Shown: one piece after another, positions 44,601-52,946 of the stretch
Layout of the letters: each line of letters opens with the position of its first letter
How positions within the stretch are numbered: position 1 is the stretch's first letter
Origin: an uncultured Planctomycetia bacterium
GTDB taxonomy: Bacteria; Omnitrophota; Gorgyraeia; VGKH01; JBHPFN01
Assembly (NCBI GenBank): GCA_964406665.1
Contig: CAYOSQ010000001.1
Coordinates: 135,412 to 199,411 of the forward strand
DNA: 64,000 nucleotides
Direction of reading: 5' to 3'
Program-made: the position numbers and the translations under genes
The notes under the pieces: generated by a model
The model's database searches: none
What the model was told of the DNA's origin: nothing
The model's input: only the letters and a program-made list of their open reading frames with translations

Positions 44601-47349
44601 TACAGGAACAACTTGGTCAATTGGTTATCGTAAAGAAGGTTTAAGATTACCAAAAGATAGCCATGGCGAGATCCCTGAAGGATACCACTACTACGAGGTA
44701 GATCCAGATCCAGTTATTAACCACGAATTTTTCACACTTAACTATGCAAAAGGGGTAGCAAGCTTTGGTGTTGGACTTGGAAAACTTAGTCATATTTTCC
44801 GCGGCGGTAGGTACGATCCAGAAATAGGAGAAATTCGAGTTAACAAAACAGTAGGTTTGTTAAGTCTTGGTATTGGCTTCGGAGGTCCAGTTACTTATAA
44901 AGGTACCTATTTGGGACATTTTGGGTTTGAAGCTTATGTTGATAAAAAATTTGGATCTACGCATTCTAGTGCAGGAACAGATGTGGGGGTTGCCCTTGAA
45001 TACGGTTTACCATTAAGTCGGATGATCCCGAGCATCCGTTCTTCAAAACCCAAAACACCTCTTTGGGGACCAGGAACAATGCCAACACAGCCATCCAGTT
45101 CTAGCTCTACTGCTGAAGAGAAAAAGCCAAAAGAAACATCTTTGAATATTTCACCAGAGTTACAAAAACCTGCTGAACAACATGCTTCAACAGGAGGTTC
45201 TGGAATACAAATGGCTTCAGCTTCTCGAGAGCTTGTTTTAGAAGGTATCCCTGATTCTTTCGATTTAAGCGGCAGCTACAATCCTCAAACACATCTTTTG
45301 CCTTTAGAGCCGCATGGAAGAGCATCCGGGGGTGGATTAGATAGCAGGGCTAGAGCTGTAATGGAAAAAAGACAGAGAAGCGTGCAAACAAGAAGGGCAT
45401 ATGAAAAAAAGAGGGCTCAAATAGTGGGCGTAGAAGATACGCCGGATCTTTCTTTTGTAGATCGCAGTAATATATTTTTAGCGAAGATTTATGATAAGAC
45501 AGGTTTGGGCAATGGGAAAGCTAGAGAGATTAGAAATGATGCATATAATAAAGCAGTAGAAATTGGAGATGCTGAATCAGCTGCAGGAATCGCAGAAGAG
45601 CTTGGCGACCAGCTTTCTGGAGAAGATCTTTTTTCTAGAGCCGATATAAGATATGCGCAGGCAGATTCAGTTTTAACCAACCAGGCATCAGTGGACAGCA
45701 TATCCCTTGAAAGAGTTCATGTTAAAGCAGTGCAGATGCATGAGGGTGCTGGTGATGAAGCTCTGAAAGTAGGAGAAGCTGCGCTCGAAGCATTTGATTC
45801 AGCAATAGAAAATAAAGAAGGCCTCCCTGGTGGAAATGCATCATATCATATTAAGGCAGAAGAACATTATGTAAACGCACAAGAATGGATAGAATCAAGT
45901 AGCTTTTTTGATCCAACGGTAATTGCGAGGTTTAGAGAAAAGCAGTCTCAATCAGGGGAAGGTGCAGCCCGCATCCATATGGCAAAGACGTTATTCGAGC
46001 ATAATGAACCGATTGAAGCCCTTAACCATCTTTCTAGGATAACAATAAACGAAGAAAATAGAGACTGGGTGCAACAGGAATTGGATGAGGTTGATGTTCA
46101 TTTAGAAAGTGGAGATATGTTAAGAAAAAATTATCTTTGGAGATCTCGCAAGCTATTTGATTTTGTAATCGGAGGATTAAAAAGCAACAGCCCGTATGTT
46201 GATGTATTATCTAGTTCTTCAGCACCTACAATAGATGAAGATAATAGGCTACGTTTTAACTATTCAGAAAATGACAGCAAGGATCAATGGATCGGTAAAA
46301 CAGCTGTGATTTGGGGAGATGATATAATTGATGGTGGGAATAATTTAATTTCGGCATTTAGAAGAGATGGATTTAATAATTTATTTTATTTTTATGAAAC
46401 ACCTAATCGAAATGAATATTTTTATTCACCTAAAAATCGGTTCCAACAATTGAGACGTCAAAAAGGCATCTTGGCAGATGCTGCCTTAATTCCGTCAACA
46501 ATGCAAGATATTGTTGCTAGAATTTATGCAGATAGAAGTCTTGCTGATAGAGTGGCTTTTGGTCAACATGGAGACAGGAAAGTAGATACCTATTTTCCTT
46601 TTCTTAAATATGGATTCTCTCAGCTTAATCCAGGTAATTACGCTAGATATTATGCTCCTATTAGGGCATTGGTTAGAGGAGAAGCGGAAATTTATAATTG
46701 CTTTTTGGCTTCTGACGGCGTTCCAGTCGCTGATACGCATTATTACAATCGTAGAAATAGTAGGCCTTATACTTCTATGGTGTTAGAGGGTAGATTTGAA
46801 AATAAGAGAAATACATGGAGTAGGCAGTTGAGAAATTGGTTTGCAAAACGTACTCTGCCAGGGCATGTTTTGCGTCTTCCCCCTATGCTTACGAGTCTTG
46901 AAGATAGCACATTAAGAGTTATGGATTACAGAAATTTTTTAAATAGTGAGATTGAACAGATTGAAAGAATTCGAGGAAGCACTCCTCATTATAGAGATTT
47001 GACCTGGGTTACTGGAAATCAATATCCAAAGCTGCGAGCAAGAGACACAGAAGCTAATTTTAGGAATTTTTTACGTAAGCAACCACAGAATTTAGAGCTT
47101 TTCTATAGAATCCTTGAGATATCTGATAGCAGATATTTGACTAAAGAGGTTCAAAGAATTCAAACCCAAGTAGATAGAATAGGAGATGAAGATGATTTAA
47201 TGCAGATGATGAATTATCCAACTGGTCAGAAATTTACTGAGCTTATAAAAGGTGTTCAAAAAGCGCTTGGTGTAGAAGCTGATGGAGTTTTTGTCCCTGG
47301 TGGAGAAACTGATGCTGCCCTTAAGAAGGTTGAAGCGCAGATAAGATAG
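38647..47349 (+). CDS. Giant secreted or envelope protein (2900 aa) with signal peptide, Gly/Ala-rich and Lys-rich amphipathic N-terminal region, acidic Ser/Glu linkers, three internal conserved repeats, an HExxH motif and a C-terminal peptidoglycan-binding (PG_binding_1-like) domain
   Basis: One uninterrupted 8.7 kb ORF with a GTG start 8 nt after an AGGGGG RBS. N-terminus MVSIKKWGKLRNRCMSVFIALIFLFNSLTPAYA is a signal peptide. Repeats RELVLxxxxDSFxxxxxYNPQxHLLPxxxHP occur at about aa 700, 1725 and 2195. LTHHEASHF at about aa 1165 fits HExxH. The C-terminal FTELIKGVQKALGVEADGVFVPGGETDAALKKVEAQ matches the PGBD-1 consensus. Confidence 0.8.
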   Translation: MVSIKKWGKLRNRCMSVFIALIFLFNSLTPAYAWRPGNRGEQSALESFAAGSLSGGISALTIAMNPIAGALSSIASNVASTVVYYNDYDSQSKPWFDLKLFIFWGPKIKTFTKAEAIGMIAGIVVGAAAGFVDGAITGNSEEIAADAAADTGSTAVVGTTIGSVATAASQSFFNSMLNVLTNIGNWVWKNMIVASYKNAKEILLSPIKTIIKIVKNFSKIMRRSWDLSLSLVKSLAKTPVVIAKNISKIARSIYKTAYKTAEVSLRLAKAFVWNIPTGMLKNAYSMLKATFNTLTSGSFWSRTFNTVGSKAGALFRTLRGAASSVAKNIEQLFTQPLSITLKNIGRWLKELPVNSINRIKTLAKKIGQRIKNVSQATRFTNPYYQYGALGIKGLPAFFVQLAADITSAMYRAAFQDATKEILEKKLGLDESIAEIAATELINKFAAKTINHNILKAFGSAFGWGITAYGGFITGEMQERLKSIEEHGNNGIEVQGIVVSEDSSSPDTSTQAYNIKLKQLVGAGALLKDGTWVRLSDVEDASEIVGIAVATDRGVILIEPNVNIISAVQGYKQAFIQVARLYMSTISMPASLNQPSQDGALSMLVKIGVLKLLSYGSGHRGSLGKIWKKKIAELIGKLASESADSPVPSEEQLAASDESEKTEESREEAVEVASAESGASVQDQESSSEESSSEESASTGRRELVLESISDSFDSSGRYNPQAHLLPFGDHPYGGDGGGSDESDESGEEDDSVVSSFSFEGETFTFDDLKKVGKIYRSGRKTGIFISNAIRNGGGLLSGGEDEESIESDGVIYTKVENREVMIIDLETGEIKHLTGSVGVVLVTLSDGSSYFALVDFVQLKKDIQERNNFTDRGTEILAFLPQPLEEIKPLPPKEEEQEEQPQLPEPVHKREVTVGGSAVTAASEESFDESDEWGEVTLRPEPQTPEEEQEAEDRKGGERFSVDLADVPGAALDVGEAVVKVPFGVVKGVGGLAGSLLGLKKKTPAELAREAAEDEIKIGEQILEEFNDSDSEITISVDNEGTSGRCGGACRLEVDDPYERPYPEYEHTGRCLKRALGRDPQRANQLKAMIKQVVALGNELIGDPKFRIKHVKFTDKFPSHANYYTNTIYLNVDDFLLGSHKIKYDEEGCASGLCSEESAGELTHHEASHFIVDSNVDLQLDEVYGKLLVMMQGIPGFALMPGSRHTAHHYSKTNQEEFAATGLEPIVNSGKGSAFADSVLAWKRRGDPKADVAGNLYVKFSQDIAGLEADERVTALYPPGSFEYKTPDNLDHYVREVLLDKGLAELVRENIYYGFHAAMLHAPDALMASLEKVINDPSLTASDVHTILVGLNAIDKNYNSENSVGLNLSRMYPHMLRLIADMQNAVNQGYPKESVGKVAPLRNASGEELGRIEFSDMDMIKGSHFFQWMIQNIPNMENGINLDIALSLLNSLDPEGGNSREQLRSALAGIEIPAFATRFNLSQLSSSDLQQMDPVEFIAGLIRAQQSMDALSANEDFAAELGGKRIVLKTGEARDLLHSSNDASEPISIGIDLAKDQNQLVAEAIAGAGLILAPNLLFSDEFKQVLSENSFTDISILFNQDGSLVQRGDSQELFRVLIPAYVLHGEDFVNYIESYKGKNPDAYNTLLRAFVLIREQVFKGHTFLENGVDPFAGTKLGDIPAVTEFNLQNWLNGILRQEGSGSSSSDSTNIKTGSLNLESSHQSRELVLASAMDSFSMQDRYNPQAHLLPMEPHPVSASGEESQDPVGSITAGEFAQFGHILRNKILPDLQLREEFLQEVVSALETGNMRMLSLVFNTTANFSDVSEIVHRPMIEHIASMSSSQVERLEFTDQIIQGLQQNNRFSAKLKQVIRDPRFAKSADKLLGVLFKFDPETSGMIAAELGNHYIWNLLDTKERQQQRDSVDRFLKDYGWEIGMWGYDQDFLWEPSLTTGSLDGHSRRWLRVPIKRSFNFKEGGWSEESSHGVTGTTWSIGYRKEGLRLPKDSHGEIPEGYHYYEVDPDPVINHEFFTLNYAKGVASFGVGLGKLSHIFRGGRYDPEIGEIRVNKTVGLLSLGIGFGGPVTYKGTYLGHFGFEAYVDKKFGSTHSSAGTDVGVALEYGLPLSRMIPSIRSSKPKTPLWGPGTMPTQPSSSSSTAEEKKPKETSLNISPELQKPAEQHASTGGSGIQMASASRELVLEGIPDSFDLSGSYNPQTHLLPLEPHGRASGGGLDSRARAVMEKRQRSVQTRRAYEKKRAQIVGVEDTPDLSFVDRSNIFLAKIYDKTGLGNGKAREIRNDAYNKAVEIGDAESAAGIAEELGDQLSGEDLFSRADIRYAQADSVLTNQASVDSISLERVHVKAVQMHEGAGDEALKVGEAALEAFDSAIENKEGLPGGNASYHIKAEEHYVNAQEWIESSSFFDPTVIARFREKQSQSGEGAARIHMAKTLFEHNEPIEALNHLSRITINEENRDWVQQELDEVDVHLESGDMLRKNYLWRSRKLFDFVIGGLKSNSPYVDVLSSSSAPTIDEDNRLRFNYSENDSKDQWIGKTAVIWGDDIIDGGNNLISAFRRDGFNNLFYFYETPNRNEYFYSPKNRFQQLRRQKGILADAALIPSTMQDIVARIYADRSLADRVAFGQHGDRKVDTYFPFLKYGFSQLNPGNYARYYAPIRALVRGEAEIYNCFLASDGVPVADTHYYNRRNSRPYTSMVLEGRFENKRNTWSRQLRNWFAKRTLPGHVLRLPPMLTSLEDSTLRVMDYRNFLNSEIEQIERIRGSTPHYRDLTWVTGNQYPKLRARDTEANFRNFLRKQPQNLELFYRILEISDSRYLTKEVQRIQTQVDRIGDEDDLMQMMNYPTGQKFTELIKGVQKALGVEADGVFVPGGETDAALKKVEAQIR
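40741..40860 (+). repeat. Intragenic protein repeat 1 (GRRELVLESISDSFDSSGRYNPQAHLLPFGDHPYGG)
   Basis: One of three about 35-aa conserved motifs inside the giant ORF, each flanked by acidic/Ser-rich low-complexity linkers. Confidence 0.6.
43807..43920 (+). repeat. Intragenic protein repeat 2 (SRELVLASAMDSFSMQDRYNPQAHLLPMEPHP)
   Basis: Same motif as repeat 1. Confidence 0.6.
45221..45320 (+). repeat. Intragenic protein repeat 3 (SRELVLEGIPDSFDLSGSYNPQTHLLPLEPHG)
   Basis: Same motif as repeat 1. Confidence 0.6.
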
Positions 47350-47580
47350 AGAAGACCGGAGCTGTTAGTTCAAAATTAAAAAACCAAAGATCAATATCAA
47401 AAAAGCGATCGCTTTTGAGAATTTAATTCTAGCTTTTTGTAAAAAAGCTTTAATGTAGCAACCTTCCCAAAACTCATTTTACCTTGCCAAAACCTACCCA
47501 AATAGAGTAGAATAAGTGGATATAACAAGCTCTAATTTAAGAAGATAAGTACCTTTCTTTCAAGTAACAATATAGCAGAT

Positions 47581-48540
47581 ATGTTCAAAGACAAAAAAGT
47601 ATTAGTTGCTGGTGGCGCTGGTTTCGTAGGAGTGAATCTGATTAAAAGACTTCTAGATTTAGGTGCAGATATAACCGCCACGCTGCATAAAAAACCCGCA
47701 GTTTTGCAAGATGACCGCATTTCATATATTTACTGTGATTTAATAAAACCAGAAGATTGTGTTAGGGTAGTTAAAGATATTCAGTTTGTATTTATGTGCG
47801 CTGCTAATACGTCTGGTGCAGCAGTTATGGCTAAGACACCCTTGGTACATGTTACCCCCAATGTTATTATGAATACACTTTTTTTAGATGCTGCTTATCA
47901 GGCAGGGGTAGAGAAGTTTCTGTTTATTAGCAGCAATACTGTTTATCCTTCAACAGATCATCCTGTAAAAGAAGAAGAGATGTTAAGCGGAGATTTATTT
48001 GAGAAATATTTCTGCGTTGGTTGGATGAAGCGTTTTACTGAAATCCTCTGTCAGATGTATACCCAAAAGATTAAAAACCCAATGAAAACAGTAGTTGTGC
48101 GCCCGGCAAATATATTTGGCCTAGGAGATGATTTTCAATGGGAAACATCTCACGTGATTCCGGCATTAATCCGTAAAGCTATCGAGCGACATGACCCTGT
48201 TGAAGTTTGGGGAGATGGGAGCGATATCAAAGATCTAATCTTTATCGAGGATTTTATTGAGGGAATGTTGCTTGCTATGGAGAAGATTGATACGTTCGAC
48301 CCTGTTAACATAGGCACAGGAAAATCTATCAGTATAAAAGAAGCGCTTCAGATAATATTAAAAGTTGCTGGCTATAAAGATGCAAAAATTAAATTTGATA
48401 CTTCTAAGCCAACAATGATACCGAAAAGATTAATTGATGTTTCTAAAGCAAAAAAACAATTGGGGTTTGAGGCAAAAACCTCGTTTGAAGAAGGAATAAA
48501 GAAAACTATTCAGTGGTATAAGGAAAATCCAGCAAAATAG
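47581..48540 (+). CDS. NAD-dependent epimerase/dehydratase (GDP-L-fucose synthase-like)
   Basis: N-terminal Rossmann VLVAGGAGFVGVNL and the SDR-extended fold. 319 aa. Confidence 0.75.
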   Translation: MFKDKKVLVAGGAGFVGVNLIKRLLDLGADITATLHKKPAVLQDDRISYIYCDLIKPEDCVRVVKDIQFVFMCAANTSGAAVMAKTPLVHVTPNVIMNTLFLDAAYQAGVEKFLFISSNTVYPSTDHPVKEEEMLSGDLFEKYFCVGWMKRFTEILCQMYTQKIKNPMKTVVVRPANIFGLGDDFQWETSHVIPALIRKAIERHDPVEVWGDGSDIKDLIFIEDFIEGMLLAMEKIDTFDPVNIGTGKSISIKEALQIILKVAGYKDAKIKFDTSKPTMIPKRLIDVSKAKKQLGFEAKTSFEEGIKKTIQWYKENPAK

Positions 48541-48567
48541 ATTTAACTTATCAGTAGGAGTAAAAAT

Positions 48568-49578
48568 ATGATTATTAGCAGAACACCATTTCGCATTTCG
48601 TTTTTTGGCGGAGGAACAGATTATCCCGGTTGGTATAAAGATCATCCCGGAGCAGTGCTTGCAGCAAGTATTGATAAATACTGTTATATAAGCTGTCGAA
48701 TGCTGCCGCCATTTTTCAAATACAAATATCGTATTGTTTACACCAACAGAGAAGAAGTTAATAAGATATCTGAAATCGATCATCCTTCTGTTCGAGAAAC
48801 ACTTAAGTTCCTCAATGAAAAGAGAGGATTACATATTCATCATGATGCAGATTTACCTGCACGTACAGGGCTTGGTTCAAGTTCAACCTTTACTGTCGGT
48901 CTTCTGCATACGCTGTATGCTTTGCGAGGTAAAATTGTTTCCAAAAAACAACTGGCTTTAGAAGCAATTAATATAGAACAGAATTTGATTAAAGAACACG
49001 TTGGTTCGCAAGATCAGACAATCGCTGCTTTTGGCGGGTTTAACAAGATTGAGTTTCGACCGGAAAATATTGAAGTTCATCCTATAACAATAAATCCTGA
49101 TAAGATAGATAATTTTTCCCGTCACATTATGATGTATTTTACAGGTTTTTCCAGGATTGCCTCAGAAGTTGCGCGTCATCAGATTGAAGCTATCCCGCGC
49201 AGAAAAAAAGAGTTGCATGAAATGTATCAATTCGTGGGAGAGGCAGTTAAAATACTTAACAACAAAAGACCTTCGTTTATAGATTTTGGTAAGCTTCTAC
49301 ATGAAAATTGGAAGATTAAAAAAAGTTTAACCGGAAGAATATCTACATCATATATTGACAACATATATGAAACTGCGCGCAGAGCCGGTGCCACAGGAGG
49401 AAAGTTATTAGGTGCAGGTGGAGGTGGGTTTATGATTTTCTTTGTAAAGCCTTCTAGGCAGCCGAAAGTAAGAGAGGCATTGAAAAAATTACTCTATGTG
49501 CCGGTTAAGTTTGAATCTTTGGGAAGCCAGATAGTTTACTTCCGCCCCTACTACAATTTTGACCAGAATGGAAAATGA
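48568..49578 (+). CDS. GHMP-family sugar kinase (D-glycero-D-manno-heptose 7-phosphate kinase HddA-like)
   Basis: N-terminus RTPFRISFFGGGTDYPGW matches the HddA-type RxPxRISFxGGGTD. GHMP motif LPARTGLGSSSTF. Confidence 0.7.
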   Translation: MIISRTPFRISFFGGGTDYPGWYKDHPGAVLAASIDKYCYISCRMLPPFFKYKYRIVYTNREEVNKISEIDHPSVRETLKFLNEKRGLHIHHDADLPARTGLGSSSTFTVGLLHTLYALRGKIVSKKQLALEAINIEQNLIKEHVGSQDQTIAAFGGFNKIEFRPENIEVHPITINPDKIDNFSRHIMMYFTGFSRIASEVARHQIEAIPRRKKELHEMYQFVGEAVKILNNKRPSFIDFGKLLHENWKIKKSLTGRISTSYIDNIYETARRAGATGGKLLGAGGGGFMIFFVKPSRQPKVREALKKLLYVPVKFESLGSQIVYFRPYYNFDQNGK

Positions 49579-50288
49579 GTAATAAGCTTGCAGAAATAGA
49601 CAGCATAATTTTATGTGGTGGTTTAGGTAAACGATTAGAAAGTATTGCTGGTAGTAAGCCAAAAGCAATGCTTGAGATAAATCAAAAACCCTTCCTGGAT
49701 ATTCTTATTGAGTTTTTGATTAAATCCGGATGCAAAAGAACAATTTTGTGTATCGGACATCTAGGTGAAACAATTAAATCATATTATGGTCAGAGACAAT
49801 TGTCGATTGAAATTATTTTTTCAGAAGAAAAAGAACCATTGGGTACTGGTGGAGCAATAAAAAATGCAAAAGAGCTTATTAAAAGCGATACATTTCTTGC
49901 AATGAACGGAGATAGTTTTTGTAATGTAGGGCTGGATAAGTTTTTTGATTTTCACATTGAGAAAAATGCTTTATTGTCTTTGGTTTTGGCAAAATCAGAT
50001 AGTGTGAGCGATTATGCTAAAGTTGAGTTAGAAGATAGCGGAAGAATTACAAGTTTTCAGGAGAAGCCAGATATTTCCGGTGTAGCTTTAATTAATGCTG
50101 GAATTTATCTTATGAAAAGAGAAATTTTTTCTCATATGCCTGAAAACAATTCTTTTTCACTTGAGAAAGATGTATTTCCACAAGTACTTAATTTAGAATG
50201 CCATGGTTTCTTAAGTAGTTCACCTTGTATAGATATTGGCACACCCCAGAGATATGAAAATGCAAAGAAGGTTTTAACAAAAAGATAA
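49575..50288 (+). CDS. Sugar-1-phosphate nucleotidyltransferase (heptose-1-phosphate guanylyltransferase HddC-like)
   Basis: ILCGGLGKRL is the nucleotidyltransferase signature. 237 aa. Overlaps the kinase stop (ATGA). Confidence 0.75.
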   Translation: MSNKLAEIDSIILCGGLGKRLESIAGSKPKAMLEINQKPFLDILIEFLIKSGCKRTILCIGHLGETIKSYYGQRQLSIEIIFSEEKEPLGTGGAIKNAKELIKSDTFLAMNGDSFCNVGLDKFFDFHIEKNALLSLVLAKSDSVSDYAKVELEDSGRITSFQEKPDISGVALINAGIYLMKREIFSHMPENNSFSLEKDVFPQVLNLECHGFLSSSPCIDIGTPQRYENAKKVLTKR

Positions 50289-50290
50289 TT

Positions 50291-50992
50291 ATGACAGTTA
50301 CACTTATAATGCTTTGTTTAAATGAGTTGGAGTGCCTAAAGGTAATACTGCCACGCATAAACAAAGAATGGGTAGATGAAATTATTATTGTTGACGGACA
50401 TTCTACCGACGGAAGTATCGAATATGCTAAAGAACTAGGCTTTGATATTTTATTGCAGAAGGATAAAGGGGTTATTGCAGGTTATCAGGAAGGATTAGAG
50501 GCTGCCAAAGGAGATGTGATTATTACATTTACACCTGATGGAAATATGATACCGGAAAAAATTCCTGAACTGGCAGATAAGATGAAGCAAGGTTATGACA
50601 TGGTCACAGTTTCACGCTATGCTCAAGGAGCAAAGAGTTACGATGATACTTTAATATCTGGTTTTGGAAACTGGATGTTTACAAAATTAGTGAATATATT
50701 GTTTCGTGCTAAATATACTGATGTTTTAGGTTTTTACCGTGCGTTTAAAAAGGATATTTTTAAAAGACTGGATCTTGAAGGTGCTATAAGGATTAGCGTT
50801 GACACACAGCTATGTATTAGATGTGCTAAGAGAGGATTAAAGGTTGCAGATATACCAGGAGATGAACCCATAAGAATTAGTGGCGGAAGTTATAGGAGTA
50901 TTATTAAAAATGGCATTTTAGAATTGTTTACAATAATTGAGGAATTTTTTCTTATATTTGTTAGGCCTTTTAAGAAAGAAAAATTGTCATGA
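50291..50992 (+). CDS. Family 2 glycosyltransferase (polyprenyl-phosphate sugar synthase-like)
   Basis: IIVDGHSTDGS and the FTPDGNM DxD region. 233 aa. Confidence 0.7.
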   Translation: MTVTLIMLCLNELECLKVILPRINKEWVDEIIIVDGHSTDGSIEYAKELGFDILLQKDKGVIAGYQEGLEAAKGDVIITFTPDGNMIPEKIPELADKMKQGYDMVTVSRYAQGAKSYDDTLISGFGNWMFTKLVNILFRAKYTDVLGFYRAFKKDIFKRLDLEGAIRISVDTQLCIRCAKRGLKVADIPGDEPIRISGGSYRSIIKNGILELFTIIEEFFLIFVRPFKKEKLS

Positions 50993-51981
50993 AGATATTG
51001 ATTACCGGAATAACTGGTTTTGTAGGAAGTCATTTAGCGGAACATATACTTTCTCTAAAGCAGCGCCATAAGATTTTTGGTTTATGTCGCTGGAGAAGCC
51101 CGCGGAATAATTTATCAGAGGTTTTCGATAAGATCTCTTTGCTTGAAGCGGATCTCGGTGATGTTAGCTCTTTATCCAGACTGCTTAAAGAAAACAAGCC
51201 TGATGTTATTTTTCATCTGGCAGCTCAGAGCTACGTGCTTACAAGTTTTAATTCCCCCATTCAGACTTTGTGGACAAATGTTATTGGAACCGCTAATCTT
51301 CTTGAGGCAATAAGATTGACGGCAATTGATCCGGTTGTACATGTTTGTTCTTCCTCGGAAGTCTACGGACAAGCTCAGAAAGAAGATGTACCCATTAAAG
51401 AAACATGTTCGCTTCGTCCTGCCTCGCCGTATGCAGTAAGCAAGGTTGGCGAAGATATGGTAGCCTATCAATATTGGATTTCTCATAAAATCAAAACTAT
51501 ACGTACAAGAATGTTTACTCATACAGGTCCTAGAAGAGGGGATGTATTTGCTTTATCATTTTTTGCCAAGCAAGTTGCAGCTGCAGAATTAAATTTATGT
51601 AAACCAATTATCCGTGTAGGAAACTTAAAATCAGTACGCACTGTCTGTGATGTTCGCGATGCTGTCAGGGCATACTGGATTATGGTTAATAAATGTAAGC
51701 CCGGAGAAGTTTATAATATTGGCGGAAACCGTACGTTGACCGTGGGAGAGGCGCTAGATATTCTATTGTCTTTTTCACAAAAAAAGTGTGAAGTTAAGGT
51801 GGATCCAGAGTTATTGCGTCCTTCAGATATAACGTTGCAGATTCCCTGCATTGATAAATTCAAAGATGAAACTGGCTGGGAACCAGAAATCCCGTTAGAG
51901 AAAACTTTAGAAGATATGCTTAATTACTGGCGCGAGGAACTTAAGAAAAATCCCTGGCAAAGCAAAACCGTAGTTCGATAA
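50989..51981 (+). CDS. NAD-dependent nucleotide-sugar 4,6-dehydratase/epimerase (GDP-mannose- or GDP-heptose-dehydratase-like)
   Basis: MKILITGITGFVGSHL Rossmann motif and YAVSK (YxxxK) catalytic motif. 330 aa. Confidence 0.75.
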   Translation: MKILITGITGFVGSHLAEHILSLKQRHKIFGLCRWRSPRNNLSEVFDKISLLEADLGDVSSLSRLLKENKPDVIFHLAAQSYVLTSFNSPIQTLWTNVIGTANLLEAIRLTAIDPVVHVCSSSEVYGQAQKEDVPIKETCSLRPASPYAVSKVGEDMVAYQYWISHKIKTIRTRMFTHTGPRRGDVFALSFFAKQVAAAELNLCKPIIRVGNLKSVRTVCDVRDAVRAYWIMVNKCKPGEVYNIGGNRTLTVGEALDILLSFSQKKCEVKVDPELLRPSDITLQIPCIDKFKDETGWEPEIPLEKTLEDMLNYWREELKKNPWQSKTVVR

Positions 51982-51992
51982 ATTATAAATAT

Positions 51993-52946
51993 ATGAACAA
52001 GCTAATTTTAGATCTTTACAAAAAACTATACCTAATAAGAAAAAGTGAAGAAAAGATCATTAAACATTATTGTGAAGATGAGATGAAAACTCCTATGCAT
52101 ATGTCTATGGGAGGTGAGGCTATTGCAACAGGCGTTTGTCATGCGTTAAGAGAAAAAGATCAGGTTTATGGAACTTATAGGTCGCACGGAATATATTTAT
52201 CTAAGACAGAAGATGTAGATAGTTTTTTTGCTGAGATGTACGGGAAAGAGACGTCTTTATTAAAGGGAAGGGGCGGATCGATGCATTTGTTTGCTCCTGA
52301 TTGTGGATTTATGGGAACCTCTGCGATAGTAGGTAGTGCGATTCCTGTTGCTGTGGGAGCTGCTTTTGCAAATAAGGTAGCAGGTAATGATAAGGTTGTT
52401 GTTGTGTTCTTCGGTGATGGCGCTGTTGATGAAGGTGGTTTTTGGGAAAGTTTAAATATCGCCTGTCTTATGAAGTTGCCAATTATATTTATTTGTGAGG
52501 ATAATGGATTGGCAGTTCATACTACTACTTCAACAAGGCAAGGTTTTAAATCCATTACCGAAGTTGTTTCAAAATTTAATTGCAATGTGTTTAAAGATAA
52601 AACTACTGATGCGCAGATTATTCATAAATTAACCCGCGATGCAATTAAGGCACTTAAGTCAACGCAGATGCCTTGTTTTATTCATTTGAAATACTACAGG
52701 TATTTAGAACATGTGGGGGTTAACGAAGATTTTGATGCTGGTTATCGTTCGAAAACTGAATTTAGAAAATGGCAGAAAGATGATCCGGTTAAGTTGCAGA
52801 GGAATAAGTTGATGGAATCTGGTTGCAGTGAAGCTAAAATCAAAAAAGTAGAATTTGATATAAGCGATCGAATCAATAATAGTGTGGTCAAAGCCAAAAA
52901 AGCCAGCTTTGTCCAAAAGTCTGAACTTTACAGGGAAGTTTGTTAA
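51993..52946 (+). CDS. Thiamine-diphosphate-dependent dehydrogenase E1 component, alpha subunit
   Basis: ThDP-binding GDGAVDEGGFWESLN (GDG...N) motif. 317 aa. Confidence 0.75.
   Translation: MNKLILDLYKKLYLIRKSEEKIIKHYCEDEMKTPMHMSMGGEAIATGVCHALREKDQVYGTYRSHGIYLSKTEDVDSFFAEMYGKETSLLKGRGGSMHLFAPDCGFMGTSAIVGSAIPVAVGAAFANKVAGNDKVVVVFFGDGAVDEGGFWESLNIACLMKLPIIFICEDNGLAVHTTTSTRQGFKSITEVVSKFNCNVFKDKTTDAQIIHKLTRDAIKALKSTQMPCFIHLKYYRYLEHVGVNEDFDAGYRSKTEFRKWQKDDPVKLQRNKLMESGCSEAKIKKVEFDISDRINNSVVKAKKASFVQKSELYREVC

Noticed and set aside
47401-47416. Perfect palindrome AAAAGCGATCGCTTTT downstream of the giant gene as a terminator
   Set aside because: The GCGATCGC core is self-complementary with no loop, so it cannot form a stable hairpin on its own. 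It may be a protein-binding or restriction-type site instead. Not called.
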